From the IMG/VR virus record IMGVR_UViG_3300042922_001182, positions 174,985 through 238,984 of that record: a stretch of 64,000 nucleotides of DNA. The stretch is one strand, 5' to 3'. A program made the position numbers and the translations under genes. This document shows positions 1 through 9,026 of the stretch, in pieces; position 1 is the first letter of the stretch, and every line of letters starts with the position of its first letter. Under the pieces are notes generated by a model. It was given only the letters and a program-made list of their open reading frames with translations. It ran no database searches and was not told the origin of the DNA.

Positions 1-124
1 GTCATCGAGGCAATAACCTACGACCTGGTCTAGTTCGAGACCCACAGCTAAAGAAATACGGTCTCGGACCACGGCTAATGAGCATACCTCACCTAGAGCA
101 AAGCCGGTTTACCGGCTGGGGATC

Positions 125-163
125 GGAGGCGGGGCCCTAGCGGCCACGCCTCCCTTCTTTTTT
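125..163 (+). terminator. Intrinsic terminator
   Basis: GGAGGCG..GGCC/GGCC..CGCCTCC stem plus T-tract. Confidence 0.65.
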
Positions 164-191
164 GGGTGTGACCAAGACCCCCGTGCAAACT

Positions 192-203
192 AACATTTCA
201 TTA
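192..203 (+). promoter_or_regulatory. Late-type promoter AACA-N6-TA
   Basis: AACAtttcatTA. Confidence 0.7.
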
Positions 204-250
204 TCGAAAGCGCATTAATCCCTTCAAGGAGAGAGCGAGGAAAACTGTTT

Positions 251-1435
251 ATGCTTAAGGACATTTTCGAAGTGGTCCGGGCGGTGGCGGACTACGCTGA
301 CGTCGATTCGGCCAAGGAGAACATCAAGGACGCTCTCCTCACCAAGAGGAGGGATTCCATCGTCAGCAGGGCGAAGGACTCGATCGCCATGTTCCCGGCG
401 ATCTTCTCGACCAGCGTCAGCCAGACCACGGCCATGATGCTGATCAAGGCCCTGGAGGTCGAGTACGCGGAGCTGTTCCGGATCGTGCTGAGCAACGAGG
501 GAATCATCGACCTCGACAGCAACGACGCGAACACCAAGCGGAGTCTCGTCCGCAAGTTCCACCAGAACACCTACGTCGGCGCCCGTGACGGCATCGATGT
601 TAGCTCCGTCGTCAGGGAGCAGGTCCAGCCCGAGCACGTCTTCCAGGCCTGCCGCGAGCTGCTGACCGCCAGCGCCGAGGACCTCAACCTGGAGAGCCTC
701 AACGACATGACGATCAAGAACGTGCGGATCTTCACCGAGGCCCGCGAGAACGAGATCAAGAACAACGGCGTCCGGAGCCAGATCGACACCAAGGAGATCA
801 AGAAGTTCGGCACGATGGAGCCCCTGATCCTCCGGATCGAGGTCCAGTACAAGACGAACGCCGGTAGCACGACCACCACCGAGCTGGTCCTCGGCGTGAA
901 GGTCGTCCCCCACTTCGTCGACACGAACGAGATGACCTACTACGTGGGCAGCTCGATCAAGCACGAGTCGGTCGTCTTCCGCATCATCCAGTGGGCCACC
1001 GGCGAGATCCAGTTCTTCCGCGACCTGCTCCTGACCGTGGACCAGGCGAAGGACGACGCCCGCTCCAGCTCGTCCATGGGCCGCACCTCGGCCTCCCTGT
1101 GGTGGCACAAGCTCCGCAGCCTGGCAAAGTCGTCGAAGTTCCGCAACCTGCTCGGCACCGAGAAGATCCTGCCCAACGCGACGATGGTCCTGACCATGGA
1201 CGAGGCGCAGCACCTCAAGGCCACCGAGGGCCTGGACCTCATGGACCCCAAGAACGCCCAGAAGCTCGTCGAGGTGTTCTTCCTCATGAGGCTCACCGTG
1301 GTGGACGAGGCCGATGAGATCGCGTACATGTACGACGAGGACACCATGTCGTACAACCGCTACTCCTACTCGTCGTTGTCGAAGTCCGGCAACACCAACG
1401 AGCTCAAGGCGCTAGTCTCCCTGCTCAGCAGGTAG
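251..1435 (+). CDS. Putative virion (head) structural protein
   Basis: 394-aa ORF with GC3-rich codons; late-type promoter at 192-203; first of a 3-gene operon ending in a terminator. Confidence 0.55.
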   Translation: MLKDIFEVVRAVADYADVDSAKENIKDALLTKRRDSIVSRAKDSIAMFPAIFSTSVSQTTAMMLIKALEVEYAELFRIVLSNEGIIDLDSNDANTKRSLVRKFHQNTYVGARDGIDVSSVVREQVQPEHVFQACRELLTASAEDLNLESLNDMTIKNVRIFTEARENEIKNNGVRSQIDTKEIKKFGTMEPLILRIEVQYKTNAGSTTTTELVLGVKVVPHFVDTNEMTYYVGSSIKHESVVFRIIQWATGEIQFFRDLLLTVDQAKDDARSSSSMGRTSASLWWHKLRSLAKSSKFRNLLGTEKILPNATMVLTMDEAQHLKATEGLDLMDPKNAQKLVEVFFLMRLTVVDEADEIAYMYDEDTMSYNRYSYSSLSKSGNTNELKALVSLLSR

Positions 1436-1451
1436 TAACGGAGAGAAGAAG

Positions 1452-2438
1452 ATGAACCAGGACTTCGTTTACAGGACGATCCCCAACGTGGGCATCAACA
1501 GGGACGCGTTCCTCAAGCACACCTTGGTGCGCGAGGCCTCCGACGCCATGCGTTGGAACCGCCTCAACGAGGACGACAAGAGGGAGCTCCAGGCCAAGGT
1601 GGCGGAGTCCCTCTTCTTCACCGTGAAGGACAAGTCGTCGGAGCTCGAATACGACTCCATCGACAAGAGCGGCGGCGATATCGAGGACATGCCCGGCTAC
1701 GACGTGCTGAGCAACAGCATCCACAGCCTGCAGACCATGTACGCCAGCACCAAGTCGGCTCCCAGCGAGGTCAACGACCTCTTCCGGTGCCTGACCAACC
1801 TCCAGAAGTTCAAGCGCTACTTCACCCAGGCCTACGCCAAGGGCGACGAAGCCACCAAGCTGCTCTACCGCAACATGGTGGTGGCGCTGATCGCCGGTAC
1901 CTCCTTCATGGTGGCGACCCACGTCGAGTACATCAAGGAGCCGGGCGGAGAGTTCTCCGCGAAGCTGAAGACCCTGCGCACCATGGAGCGCAGCCTCTTC
2001 CTCGACAACATCGCGAAGTTCAACAGCATGGCCGACTCCGGCCAGCTGAAGACCTTCCTCGACGCCTCCTCCGGCCGCGACAACCTCGTCGGCATGGAGC
2101 TGGTGGCGGTGGGCGTGGGCGCGGTGGCGGTCGTGGGCTTGGTCCTCTGGACCCTGCGCGAGATCGTCTTCACCTACTTCAGGTTCCGAGTCGCCCTCTC
2201 GGAGGAGTTGAAGATGCTGGCGCTGTTCGTCCAGCTCCACTCCAACTCGCTCGCCCCCGAGAAGAAGAACGTGGCCGACAAGCAGCGGGCGATCGTGGAC
2301 GAACTGAATAAGTGGTCCGACCGAATCGCCGTCGATCAGAAGGCGGCTACCAAGGCGGCCGTGGCCGACCTGTCGGACGCGGATCGCGGGGCCACCATGA
2401 CGGCAGTGTCGAGCGCCCCCAGCGGAAACCTGCTGTAA
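1452..2438 (+). CDS. Putative virion/inner-head protein with a hydrophobic segment
   Basis: 328 aa; hydrophobic stretch LVAVGVGAVAVVGLVLWTL; lies in the late operon. Confidence 0.5.
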   Translation: MNQDFVYRTIPNVGINRDAFLKHTLVREASDAMRWNRLNEDDKRELQAKVAESLFFTVKDKSSELEYDSIDKSGGDIEDMPGYDVLSNSIHSLQTMYASTKSAPSEVNDLFRCLTNLQKFKRYFTQAYAKGDEATKLLYRNMVVALIAGTSFMVATHVEYIKEPGGEFSAKLKTLRTMERSLFLDNIAKFNSMADSGQLKTFLDASSGRDNLVGMELVAVGVGAVAVVGLVLWTLREIVFTYFRFRVALSEELKMLALFVQLHSNSLAPEKKNVADKQRAIVDELNKWSDRIAVDQKAATKAAVADLSDADRGATMTAVSSAPSGNLL

Positions 2439-2454
2439 GGGACACCCTCGGGAC

Positions 2455-2466
2455 AACAAAAAGATA
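2455..2466 (+). promoter_or_regulatory. Late-type promoter AACA-N6-TA
   Basis: AACAaaaagaTA. Confidence 0.7.
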
Positions 2467-2532
2467 AGGGTAAGAGGTGACCGCCGCTACGGTCCACTTT
2501 TTTGCATGCAAAAAGAAAGAAGGAGAAGCGGA

Positions 2533-3540
2533 ATGTTTCTGAACGAGAACAACAACACTTTCCGGAACGTGAACACCGGTATCGAGGCCAGCGAGACCAA
2601 CCTGATGGGCGGCTCGGTCGGCATGATGGACATCGCCCTGGAGTCGGAGACGACCTGGAACAACATCTGCGTCGCCATGATGCGTCTGGAGCACACCTCC
2701 TACGTGGAGAAGGACGACGTTCTGATGGAGCGCGGCGTCAAGGCCTTCTGGGGCAAGGTCGTCGCCTTCTTCAAGAAGATGATCGCCAAGGTCAAGGAGT
2801 GGGCCAAGAAGACCTGGAACTCGATCCAGTCGTTCTTCGCCAACTCCAAGAAGTGGCTGGAGCTGAACAAGGCCGCCCTCATGAAGAAGAACCTGAACGG
2901 CTTCAAGTTCTCCATCAACACCTTCCAGAACATCGAGACCGCCAGCGGCAAGATGGACGCCGCCGCTGCCAAGCAGGCCGTCGCCGCCTCCGCCGCTGCT
3001 GGTCGCAGCACGAAGGAAGATGACATGGACGAGTACGACTCGAACTTCCGCGAGGCCTTCCTCCAGGCCATGGGCATCGACGATGACTCCGATGCCCTCG
3101 GCACCGCCTTGAGCCTCTACTTCCGCGCCGACGAAGGCGTCAAGAAGGAGAAGGCCCTGTCGGCGGCCGAGATCGTCAAGGTCCTCGAAGAGACCCCCAA
3201 GGCCCAGCAGCAGGTGGATACCGGCGCCAAGGTGATGGAGCGCCTCGCCGCCCAGGGCATCACCCAGGCCGAGAAGGCCGAAGCCGCCGCCGAGAAGAAG
3301 GACAACGACAAGGGCCGCAAGGAGGCCGCCGGTCACCAGCGTGCCGTCAGCGCGATCCGCAGCCTGCTGGGCCTCCAGCAGCAGGTCCTGTCGGCTCTGG
3401 CCGGTGCCATCGCCGATCGCCACAACCAGTACTTCGCCGCTGCCAAGGCCGCGCTGTCGTACAAGCCCGCGAACGTGAAGGAGTCGACCGACTTCGGCAC
3501 CGACGAGGACGACGTGCTCGACGCGTTCATGCCCATCTAG
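2533..3540 (+). CDS. Putative internal head protein (phiKZ-like), Ala/Lys-rich
   Basis: SD AAGGAG before ATG 2533; own late promoter at 2455-2466; IALE/EASE possible cleavage sites followed by amphipathic GVKAFWGKVVAFFKKMIAKVKEW. Confidence 0.55.
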   Translation: MFLNENNNTFRNVNTGIEASETNLMGGSVGMMDIALESETTWNNICVAMMRLEHTSYVEKDDVLMERGVKAFWGKVVAFFKKMIAKVKEWAKKTWNSIQSFFANSKKWLELNKAALMKKNLNGFKFSINTFQNIETASGKMDAAAAKQAVAASAAAGRSTKEDDMDEYDSNFREAFLQAMGIDDDSDALGTALSLYFRADEGVKKEKALSAAEIVKVLEETPKAQQQVDTGAKVMERLAAQGITQAEKAEAAAEKKDNDKGRKEAAGHQRAVSAIRSLLGLQQQVLSALAGAIADRHNQYFAAAKAALSYKPANVKESTDFGTDEDDVLDAFMPI

Positions 3541-3567
3541 TAGCTCCGGCAAGCAACCAAGGAAACA

Positions 3568-3606
3568 AAGGACCGCATCCCCACTCGGGGATGCGGTCTT
3601 TCCTTT
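3568..3606. terminator. Bidirectional terminator
   Basis: GACCGCATCCCC/GGGGATGCGGTC hairpin between convergent genes. Confidence 0.7.
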
Positions 3607-3609
3607 GCT

Positions 3610-4938
3610 TTATCTCTTCGAGAACGTGCACGTCATCGTGCAGATCATCTCCTCCGTCTGGAGGTTGCGACCGACCCCGTGCAGCGAGAGGGCGTAGTCC
3701 CTCATGACGTACTCGCCGTTGAGCTCCTCCGACCTCTCCTTGTTGCTGAAGATGACGAAGAAGGACTTGTTGGGGGTGAAGATGGAGGGGTCGACGCCGG
3801 AGAAGCTGAAGGCCACCTCGCTGTTGTGCTCCGTGACGTGATGAGCGTGCGTCGTTTCGGCCATCGGGTTGTCGAACCTGTTGTAGAGGACCTTGATCTT
3901 GTCCTCCCCGGCGGCGAAGTTCCCTGGCCCGGCGGCCCCGTCCGTGCTGGTGCCCTCCTGGATGGCCACCTCCCTGATCTGTCCACCCAGCTCCTGGGAG
4001 TCCGAGAGGACGAAGAGCTTGGAGCCGAAGATCTCCTTCGTAGCTCGCCCTCCACGGTTGATGGCCACGGCGTTCTGCACCTTCACCTGGAAGGTCTTGT
4101 TCTTGGTGTCCTCGAAGACGCCGTTGAGCTCCGAAGAGGCGTCCACCTTGTCAGTGACGAAGATGTGGACCTCCCCGTACTCCGTCTTCTCCTTGACCTT
4201 GGAGTCCGCGCCAAGCATGTAGTGGCGGTCCAGGTCGAAGAAGAGGCGCATGCCGCCCTTGTAGATGCCGTAGGCGTCCTGGAGGTAGCGGAGCGAGCTG
4301 ATCACGTTCCCGGGCGGGACCAGGATCTGGTCGTAGACCTTGGTGTTGTCCGGGTTGCCGATCAGCTTGGGGGCGTCCCCGGAGGCGGTCTTCAGCATGT
4401 GAAGGACCACCGGGAGAACCGGGGTCTCCGTGTAGACGTCGTTGAAGATGGCCTTGTTGATGTCCAGGTGCTTCGAGGAGAGAAGCGTGGCCGTCCACTC
4501 GATGTCCCTTCGCTCTTCGGTCTCTACGGCCTGAGCTGGTTGCTCGGTGGGGGAGCGGTCGAAGTCGATGACCCGGAACTCCAGCTGCTTCCAGAGATCG
4601 GTCGGCGGCGGGGGCTCGGAGGCGCTGTTCTCGTCGGAGCTGTCGATGGTCCTATATCGCTTGATGCTGATCACCACCTTGGCGTCGTCGGTGTACTTCT
4701 GGAAGGCCAGCAGGAGCTCGTAGTTCAGCCGTAGGCCTAGGCCGATGACGGGGAAGAACTCGTCCCCGTCCACCTTGCCCTTGACCTGAATCTCCACGAT
4801 GCTCTTGATCAGGCTCATCACCCCGGCGTCCTCCGGGAGGATGAGGTCGGCCTGGGTGATTCGGAACTTGTACCGAGTCAGGTCCCCCAGGACCTTGTTG
4901 GACAGTCTGCCGTCTGCCTCGAAACCGGTGGGTGCCAT
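3610..4938 (-). CDS. Putative tail/baseplate structural protein
   Basis: 442-aa beta-rich ORF, last gene of a reverse operon with a late promoter; hub-like size; family not firmly recognised. Confidence 0.35.
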   Translation of the reverse strand: MAPTGFEADGRLSNKVLGDLTRYKFRITQADLILPEDAGVMSLIKSIVEIQVKGKVDGDEFFPVIGLGLRLNYELLLAFQKYTDDAKVVISIKRYRTIDSSDENSASEPPPPTDLWKQLEFRVIDFDRSPTEQPAQAVETEERRDIEWTATLLSSKHLDINKAIFNDVYTETPVLPVVLHMLKTASGDAPKLIGNPDNTKVYDQILVPPGNVISSLRYLQDAYGIYKGGMRLFFDLDRHYMLGADSKVKEKTEYGEVHIFVTDKVDASSELNGVFEDTKNKTFQVKVQNAVAINRGGRATKEIFGSKLFVLSDSQELGGQIREVAIQEGTSTDGAAGPGNFAAGEDKIKVLYNRFDNPMAETTHAHHVTEHNSEVAFSFSGVDPSIFTPNKSFFVIFSNKERSEELNGEYVMRDYALSLHGVGRNLQTEEMICTMTCTFSKR

Positions 4939-4939
4939 T

Positions 4940-5308
4940 CTAGATCCTCCTGATAACCCGGTGGCGCTTGAGCCTCATGCGCTGCGCCACATCGTACATG
5001 TTCCTCGACCCCGGGGAGCAACCGTCCCAGAGGACGACGACCCCCTTGGCCTTGCCCTGGTGGGCCATCTGGTAGTTGCGGAGGTGCCCGGCCATGTCCC
5101 CCAGGCCCTCCCAGTCGGGGGAGAAGGGGTGGATGGGGATGCCCCGCTCTATGGCGAAGCGCTCCCCCAGGTTGTCGGCCCCCCTCTTGGCACGGCCGCT
5201 GATCACCGAGGTGATGACGACGCCGTGCATGGCCTCGAACTCCTCGGCGGCCCGGACCATGGCCGCGTAGTCCCAGAGCCCCCTGGAGCCCGCTAGTATG
5301 ACCCGCAC
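4940..5308 (-). CDS. DUF2493/YspA-like SLOG-family protein
   Basis: MRVILAGSR, VISGRAKRGAD, AGHLRNYQM motifs. Confidence 0.8.
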   Translation of the reverse strand: MRVILAGSRGLWDYAAMVRAAEEFEAMHGVVITSVISGRAKRGADNLGERFAIERGIPIHPFSPDWEGLGDMAGHLRNYQMAHQGKAKGVVVLWDGCSPGSRNMYDVAQRMRLKRHRVIRRI

Positions 5309-5310
5309 GG

Positions 5311-6417
5311 CTAGGTGCCCACCACGCCGCTGAAGCCCTCGAAGAGGTAGTCCAGCTTGATGTAGTTGGCGCCGTAGTAGCGCTCGTTCACGCGCTTGAG
5401 CGACTCGGGGTCGTACAGGTCGGTGATCTGGGAGCGGAGCATCGCCACCTCGGCGTCGGTGATGCAGGCGAAGGAGTCCTTGATGCTCAGCACTCGGAAG
5501 TTCTGCTCCAGGACCTTCAGCTCCTCGTCGGTTAGCGCTCCCTTCCGCTCGTCCTTGGACACGCGGGCGATGAGGTCATCGGGGTCGTCGTAGGCGGTCT
5601 GGGAGATCAGGCCGTCCTCCAGCCACCCCCGGATGCGCCCCAGGGCCTTCAGCGGGCCGATGCCCCGGCGCACCGCGTCGATGTCGTACCTCTTGGACCC
5701 GGAAAGGGCGAAGACGTACGGCAGGAGCTCGGGGCTGATGAAGCCGGGCACCTTGTCGTCGCTGCCCGCCACGGAGGCGATGGCGCTCTCCCGGTCGACG
5801 ACGTCGCTCTTCTCGCCCTTGGCGGTCATGACGATGGCGTACTCGTCGATCTCGGTGTACTGAACGGCCAGCGGGTCGTTGCTGATGACGCAGGTGAGCT
5901 GCCCGGGGACGTGGAACAGGTAGGGCACCACCCGGTGATCGGTCTCACCGGTGTCGAGGAAGTAGACGTAGGGGATGTACTCGCACACGCCCCGGGCCAG
6001 CTTGATGTTGATGTCCATGACCTCGTTCAGACCGGCGAACTCCGGCGAGGCGGGACCGCGCTTCCGGTAGTAGTCGCTGCGGTACTTGTCGTTGATCTGA
6101 AGCATCCGCTTGGCGGGCTTGCCGGAGTAGTAGAAGTAGACGTTGGTGTACATCTCCAGGCGGCTCCAGAAGTAGTGCCGGTAGTGGGCGGCGGCGTTGA
6201 GGATGCCCTCGGAGGAGATCGCCAGCCGCTGCTCCCTCTTGAGCTTGCCGAACATCTGCAGCATCTCGGGCTTGTAGAGGCTGTTCAGGATGCTCCCCAC
6301 ATCCAGGAAGATGTTGACGGTGTCGTAGCCCTCGGGGATCTTCGTCTTCGTCACCTCGTTGAGCACGTCGTACCGGATCTTCTTGCTGTGCAGGATCTTT
6401 TCAAGCGCGTCGTTCAT
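5311..6417 (-). CDS. PIN/FEN-like 5-prime-3-prime exonuclease-fold protein
   Basis: N-terminal VNIFLDVGSILNSL, later ISNDPL and LSGSKRYDIDAVRRGIGP (H3TH-like); catalytic acidic residues look partly degenerate. Confidence 0.45.
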   Translation of the reverse strand: MNDALEKILHSKKIRYDVLNEVTKTKIPEGYDTVNIFLDVGSILNSLYKPEMLQMFGKLKREQRLAISSEGILNAAAHYRHYFWSRLEMYTNVYFYYSGKPAKRMLQINDKYRSDYYRKRGPASPEFAGLNEVMDINIKLARGVCEYIPYVYFLDTGETDHRVVPYLFHVPGQLTCVISNDPLAVQYTEIDEYAIVMTAKGEKSDVVDRESAIASVAGSDDKVPGFISPELLPYVFALSGSKRYDIDAVRRGIGPLKALGRIRGWLEDGLISQTAYDDPDDLIARVSKDERKGALTDEELKVLEQNFRVLSIKDSFACITDAEVAMLRSQITDLYDPESLKRVNERYYGANYIKLDYLFEGFSGVVGT

Positions 6418-6461
6418 GGCCGGTCGGGGCCTCCTTTGCGGGTAGGGTCGGGGGAAGGTCG

Positions 6462-6473
6462 TATGGGGCTGTT
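6462..6473 (-). promoter_or_regulatory. Late-type promoter AACA-N6-TA
   Basis: AACAgccccaTA. Confidence 0.7.
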
Positions 6474-6758
6474 GGCGGGGGCATTTCCAGGTTATGCGGA
6501 GGCGTGCCTCGCTCGCGGTTAATGATTCCGTATGTCAGAGTAAGTTCTAGGATACATAGTTGCAAATGAAAGAGAGAAAGGAGTACAACAACTCCTTTCT
6601 TCTTATTTAAACACGAAGTTACCTAGAGGTCCCCTAGAGAACCTGGAAAAGGTCATCAAAGGATAGTTTTGACCGGTAATTAACTTTTTAGGGAAGACCT
6701 TAAAGGTCTAAACGGTATGTATCTGTAAATCGCGCGAAATCCCACCCAGGGAATAAAG

Positions 6759-6789
6759 CGAATCTAAGCCATTTCCGACCGTATATTAT
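6759..6789 (+). promoter_or_regulatory. Bipartite early-type promoter CGAATCT-N16-TATATTAT
   Basis: Exact 16-nt spacer, as in 3 other copies. Confidence 0.75.
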
Positions 6790-6833
6790 TGTTGTGACGT
6801 GATTGGATACTTAGCTATAGGAGGTTATTAATC

Positions 6834-7595
6834 ATGAACAACAACAAGCCTTTCGTCCGTGGTAACTTCGAGCAGGCCACCTGGCTGACCGAGCGGATCA
6901 TGCAGCACATCGTCACCGGCAAGGCGAAGCGCGTGCGGGACTACCTGGAGTTCGCCCGCCGCCAGCTCCAGGTTTCTGAGATCCCGGCGGACAACAAGCT
7001 GAAGGTCAGCAGCCTGAAGGTCATCGGCATCCACGAGGACGTCCTCGAACTCGCCATCGAGCTCCTCAAGTCGGAGGGCTGGAAGGCGGGCAACGTCTCC
7101 CAGGAGGACTTCCTCAATGGTTCCCCCTGGCTCCTCGACGCCAAGATGCAGGAAGATCTCCTGAAGAAGGCGGAGAAGGACGAGGAGAAGAAATCCGAAT
7201 CCATCGGGTCCATCTTCCTCTTCGTCAAGGCCAACCAGGTGGTCCTGGACAAGACCACCATCTACCGCGCCGAGTGCGTCGCGGAGGACATCGTCCTCCA
7301 GAGCAAGATGCGCAGCTGCATCGGACTGACCGTCGAGGAGATCGAGGACCGAGGCGGCTTCCTCGCGGAGGCCATGCACGACCTCCAGGGCAAGATGCTC
7401 ACGAAGACCTTCAACTTCCTGAAGAGCTTCGACGACAACGAGCTCAGCACCGCCCAGCGGGACAAGCTCTTGGGCATCATCCTGGGGAACACCGTCGCTC
7501 ACCTCGACGCGATCATCCCCGGCTGCGGGGAGGCCTTCGAGGCGTCCTCCAGCGCCAAGGTCCAGGCCCTGGTCAAGACCGGTTCCAAGCGCTAA
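6834..7595 (+). CDS. Hypothetical early protein
   Basis: 253 aa; SD AGGAGG; bipartite early promoter at 6759-6789. Confidence 0.8.
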   Translation: MNNNKPFVRGNFEQATWLTERIMQHIVTGKAKRVRDYLEFARRQLQVSEIPADNKLKVSSLKVIGIHEDVLELAIELLKSEGWKAGNVSQEDFLNGSPWLLDAKMQEDLLKKAEKDEEKKSESIGSIFLFVKANQVVLDKTTIYRAECVAEDIVLQSKMRSCIGLTVEEIEDRGGFLAEAMHDLQGKMLTKTFNFLKSFDDNELSTAQRDKLLGIILGNTVAHLDAIIPGCGEAFEASSSAKVQALVKTGSKR

Positions 7596-7633
7596 GAAGA
7601 AGGGGAAGCCAGGCGGCTTCCCCTTCTTTTTTT
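7596..7633. terminator. Bidirectional terminator
   Basis: AGAAGGGGAAGCC/GGCTTCCCCTTCT plus T-run. Confidence 0.75.
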
Positions 7634-8396
7634 AGCCCTCGGAGTCCTTCAACCGGACCAGGTAGGCCATGAACGAGTCGTAGTCCTTGTCGACGATCTT
7701 GAAGTACCTGATTCCGAGCCTCTTCACCTCGGCCTCCTTGGCGATCTCCTTGACCCGTTCTCGCTCCCTGTAGTCGTGGGTGTTGGCGATAGATGGGTCC
7801 ACGCCGTCTGCAACGGAGGAACCCTTCACCTCCACGATGAGGTCGTAGCTGGTGAGGTAGAAATCGGGGATGTAGACCCGCTTGACGCCTCCCTCCTCGT
7901 AGACGATGGTCTGCGGGGCGGGGGAGATCACGTCGCTGGGGTTCCACTCAAGGACGACGTCCATGAACTCAAGGAAGTCCCTCTCGTAGGAGCCGGTGTA
8001 GGTGGAGCTGGTGCCGTCCCTCCACTCGTAGGTGCCCGAGATGCCACGGTTGGCGAGCATCTTGCGCTGCTGCTCGGGGTCGTCCAGAAGGTGCTCCTTC
8101 CCGAACTTCTTGACCATCCGCTCCCTGAACTGGCTGCGGTACTTCTCCCGGCAGGAGGTCTCCGGACGGGAGCACAGGCGCTCGTAGCGGCCCGCCTTCT
8201 CGTTGAACGGGACGGACTTGCGGCACATGATGCAGCTACCCCTACGGCCGCCGTTCCTGGAGTCGAAGAGGGCCTGGAGGGGGCTGACGCCGCCGATGGC
8301 CTTGAGCCCGTCCGAGTGCTCCCGCTCGATGTGCTCGCATAGGAGCTTCTCGTCCTTGCCCGTCCTGTCGCAGAACGGGCACTTCTGCTTCCTCAT
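7632..8396 (-). CDS. Zn-finger plus TnsA-like PD-(D/E)xK endonuclease
   Basis: CPFC..HIEREH, CIMC, and YIPDFYLTSYDLIVEVKG nuclease motif. Confidence 0.65.
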   Translation of the reverse strand: MRKQKCPFCDRTGKDEKLLCEHIEREHSDGLKAIGGVSPLQALFDSRNGGRRGSCIMCRKSVPFNEKAGRYERLCSRPETSCREKYRSQFRERMVKKFGKEHLLDDPEQQRKMLANRGISGTYEWRDGTSSTYTGSYERDFLEFMDVVLEWNPSDVISPAPQTIVYEEGGVKRVYIPDFYLTSYDLIVEVKGSSVADGVDPSIANTHDYRERERVKEIAKEAEVKRLGIRYFKIVDKDYDSFMAYLVRLKDSEG

Positions 8397-8422
8397 ATCG
8401 TCCTCCTGTTCTTTCCTGGCTA

Positions 8423-8434
8423 TAATATGGTGTT
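8423..8434 (-). promoter_or_regulatory. Late-type promoter overlapping an early-type CATATTAT
   Basis: AACAccatatTA; CATATTAT at 8422-8429 on the same strand. Confidence 0.6.
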
Positions 8435-8455
8435 TCCACCAGAAGGGCGAAGGCC

Positions 8456-8467
8456 AACAAAACCATA
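8456..8467 (+). promoter_or_regulatory. Late-type promoter AACA-N6-TA
   Basis: AACAaaaccaTA. Confidence 0.7.
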
Positions 8468-8497
8468 ACTTCGCAGAGCCAACAGGAGGAAAGACGG

Positions 8498-8926
8498 ATG
8501 GCAGACGAAATCGTGCCCGAGTACCAGAAGGAGGAGTTCTTCCTCCAGGTGGGCGACTTCAAGAAGGCCAACTCGGTGACCAAGAACCTAGCCCTCGCGA
8601 GGGTGCTGCAGACCCTCATCATCCTGATGCCGGGCACCTACCCCAACGCCCCCGACATGGGCGTCGGGATCGAGCAGTACCTCTTCGAGTTCCTGGACGG
8701 CGTGACCATCCAGCAGCTCACCCAGAGGCTGCGGGACCAGATCGACACCTACATCCCCAACAACGACATCAACGGGATCGAGATCCAACCGATCAAGGGC
8801 CCCGACGGCAAGACCAACACCCTGGGAATGATCTTCACGCTGGGGAATTCGGAACAGGTGGCCTTGGCCTTCGACCTGGCCGCATCCCGCAAGACCAAGG
8901 TGGTCTCCCGCGTCGTCCTCGCCTGA
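8498..8926 (+). CDS. Baseplate wedge protein, gp25/GPW-like
   Basis: LILMPGTYPNAPDMGVGIEQYLFE motif; 142 aa; late promoter at 8456-8467. Confidence 0.65.
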   Translation: MADEIVPEYQKEEFFLQVGDFKKANSVTKNLALARVLQTLIILMPGTYPNAPDMGVGIEQYLFEFLDGVTIQQLTQRLRDQIDTYIPNNDINGIEIQPIKGPDGKTNTLGMIFTLGNSEQVALAFDLAASRKTKVVSRVVLA

Positions 8927-9026
8927 CGAGTTTTAAAGAAAAAGGCATGGGGCCAACAACAGCAGTAGGGCCGCCCTGGGCCTGACCCACCGTGGCACAA
9001 CACCACAGGAAAGGATTCGAGGAAGT

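Noticed and set aside
70-110. Hammerhead ribozyme (CTAATGAG resembles CUGAUGA)
   Set aside because: Core mismatch and no correctly placed GAAA with stems; kept only as generic structure
7632-8396. Tn7-like transposon based on the TnsA-like nuclease
   Set aside because: No TnsB/TnsC, no terminal repeats; stand-alone TnsA-like nucleases are common in large phages
8955-8968. Late promoter upstream of 9027
   Set aside because: AACA is followed by 7 nt rather than 6 before TA; not counted
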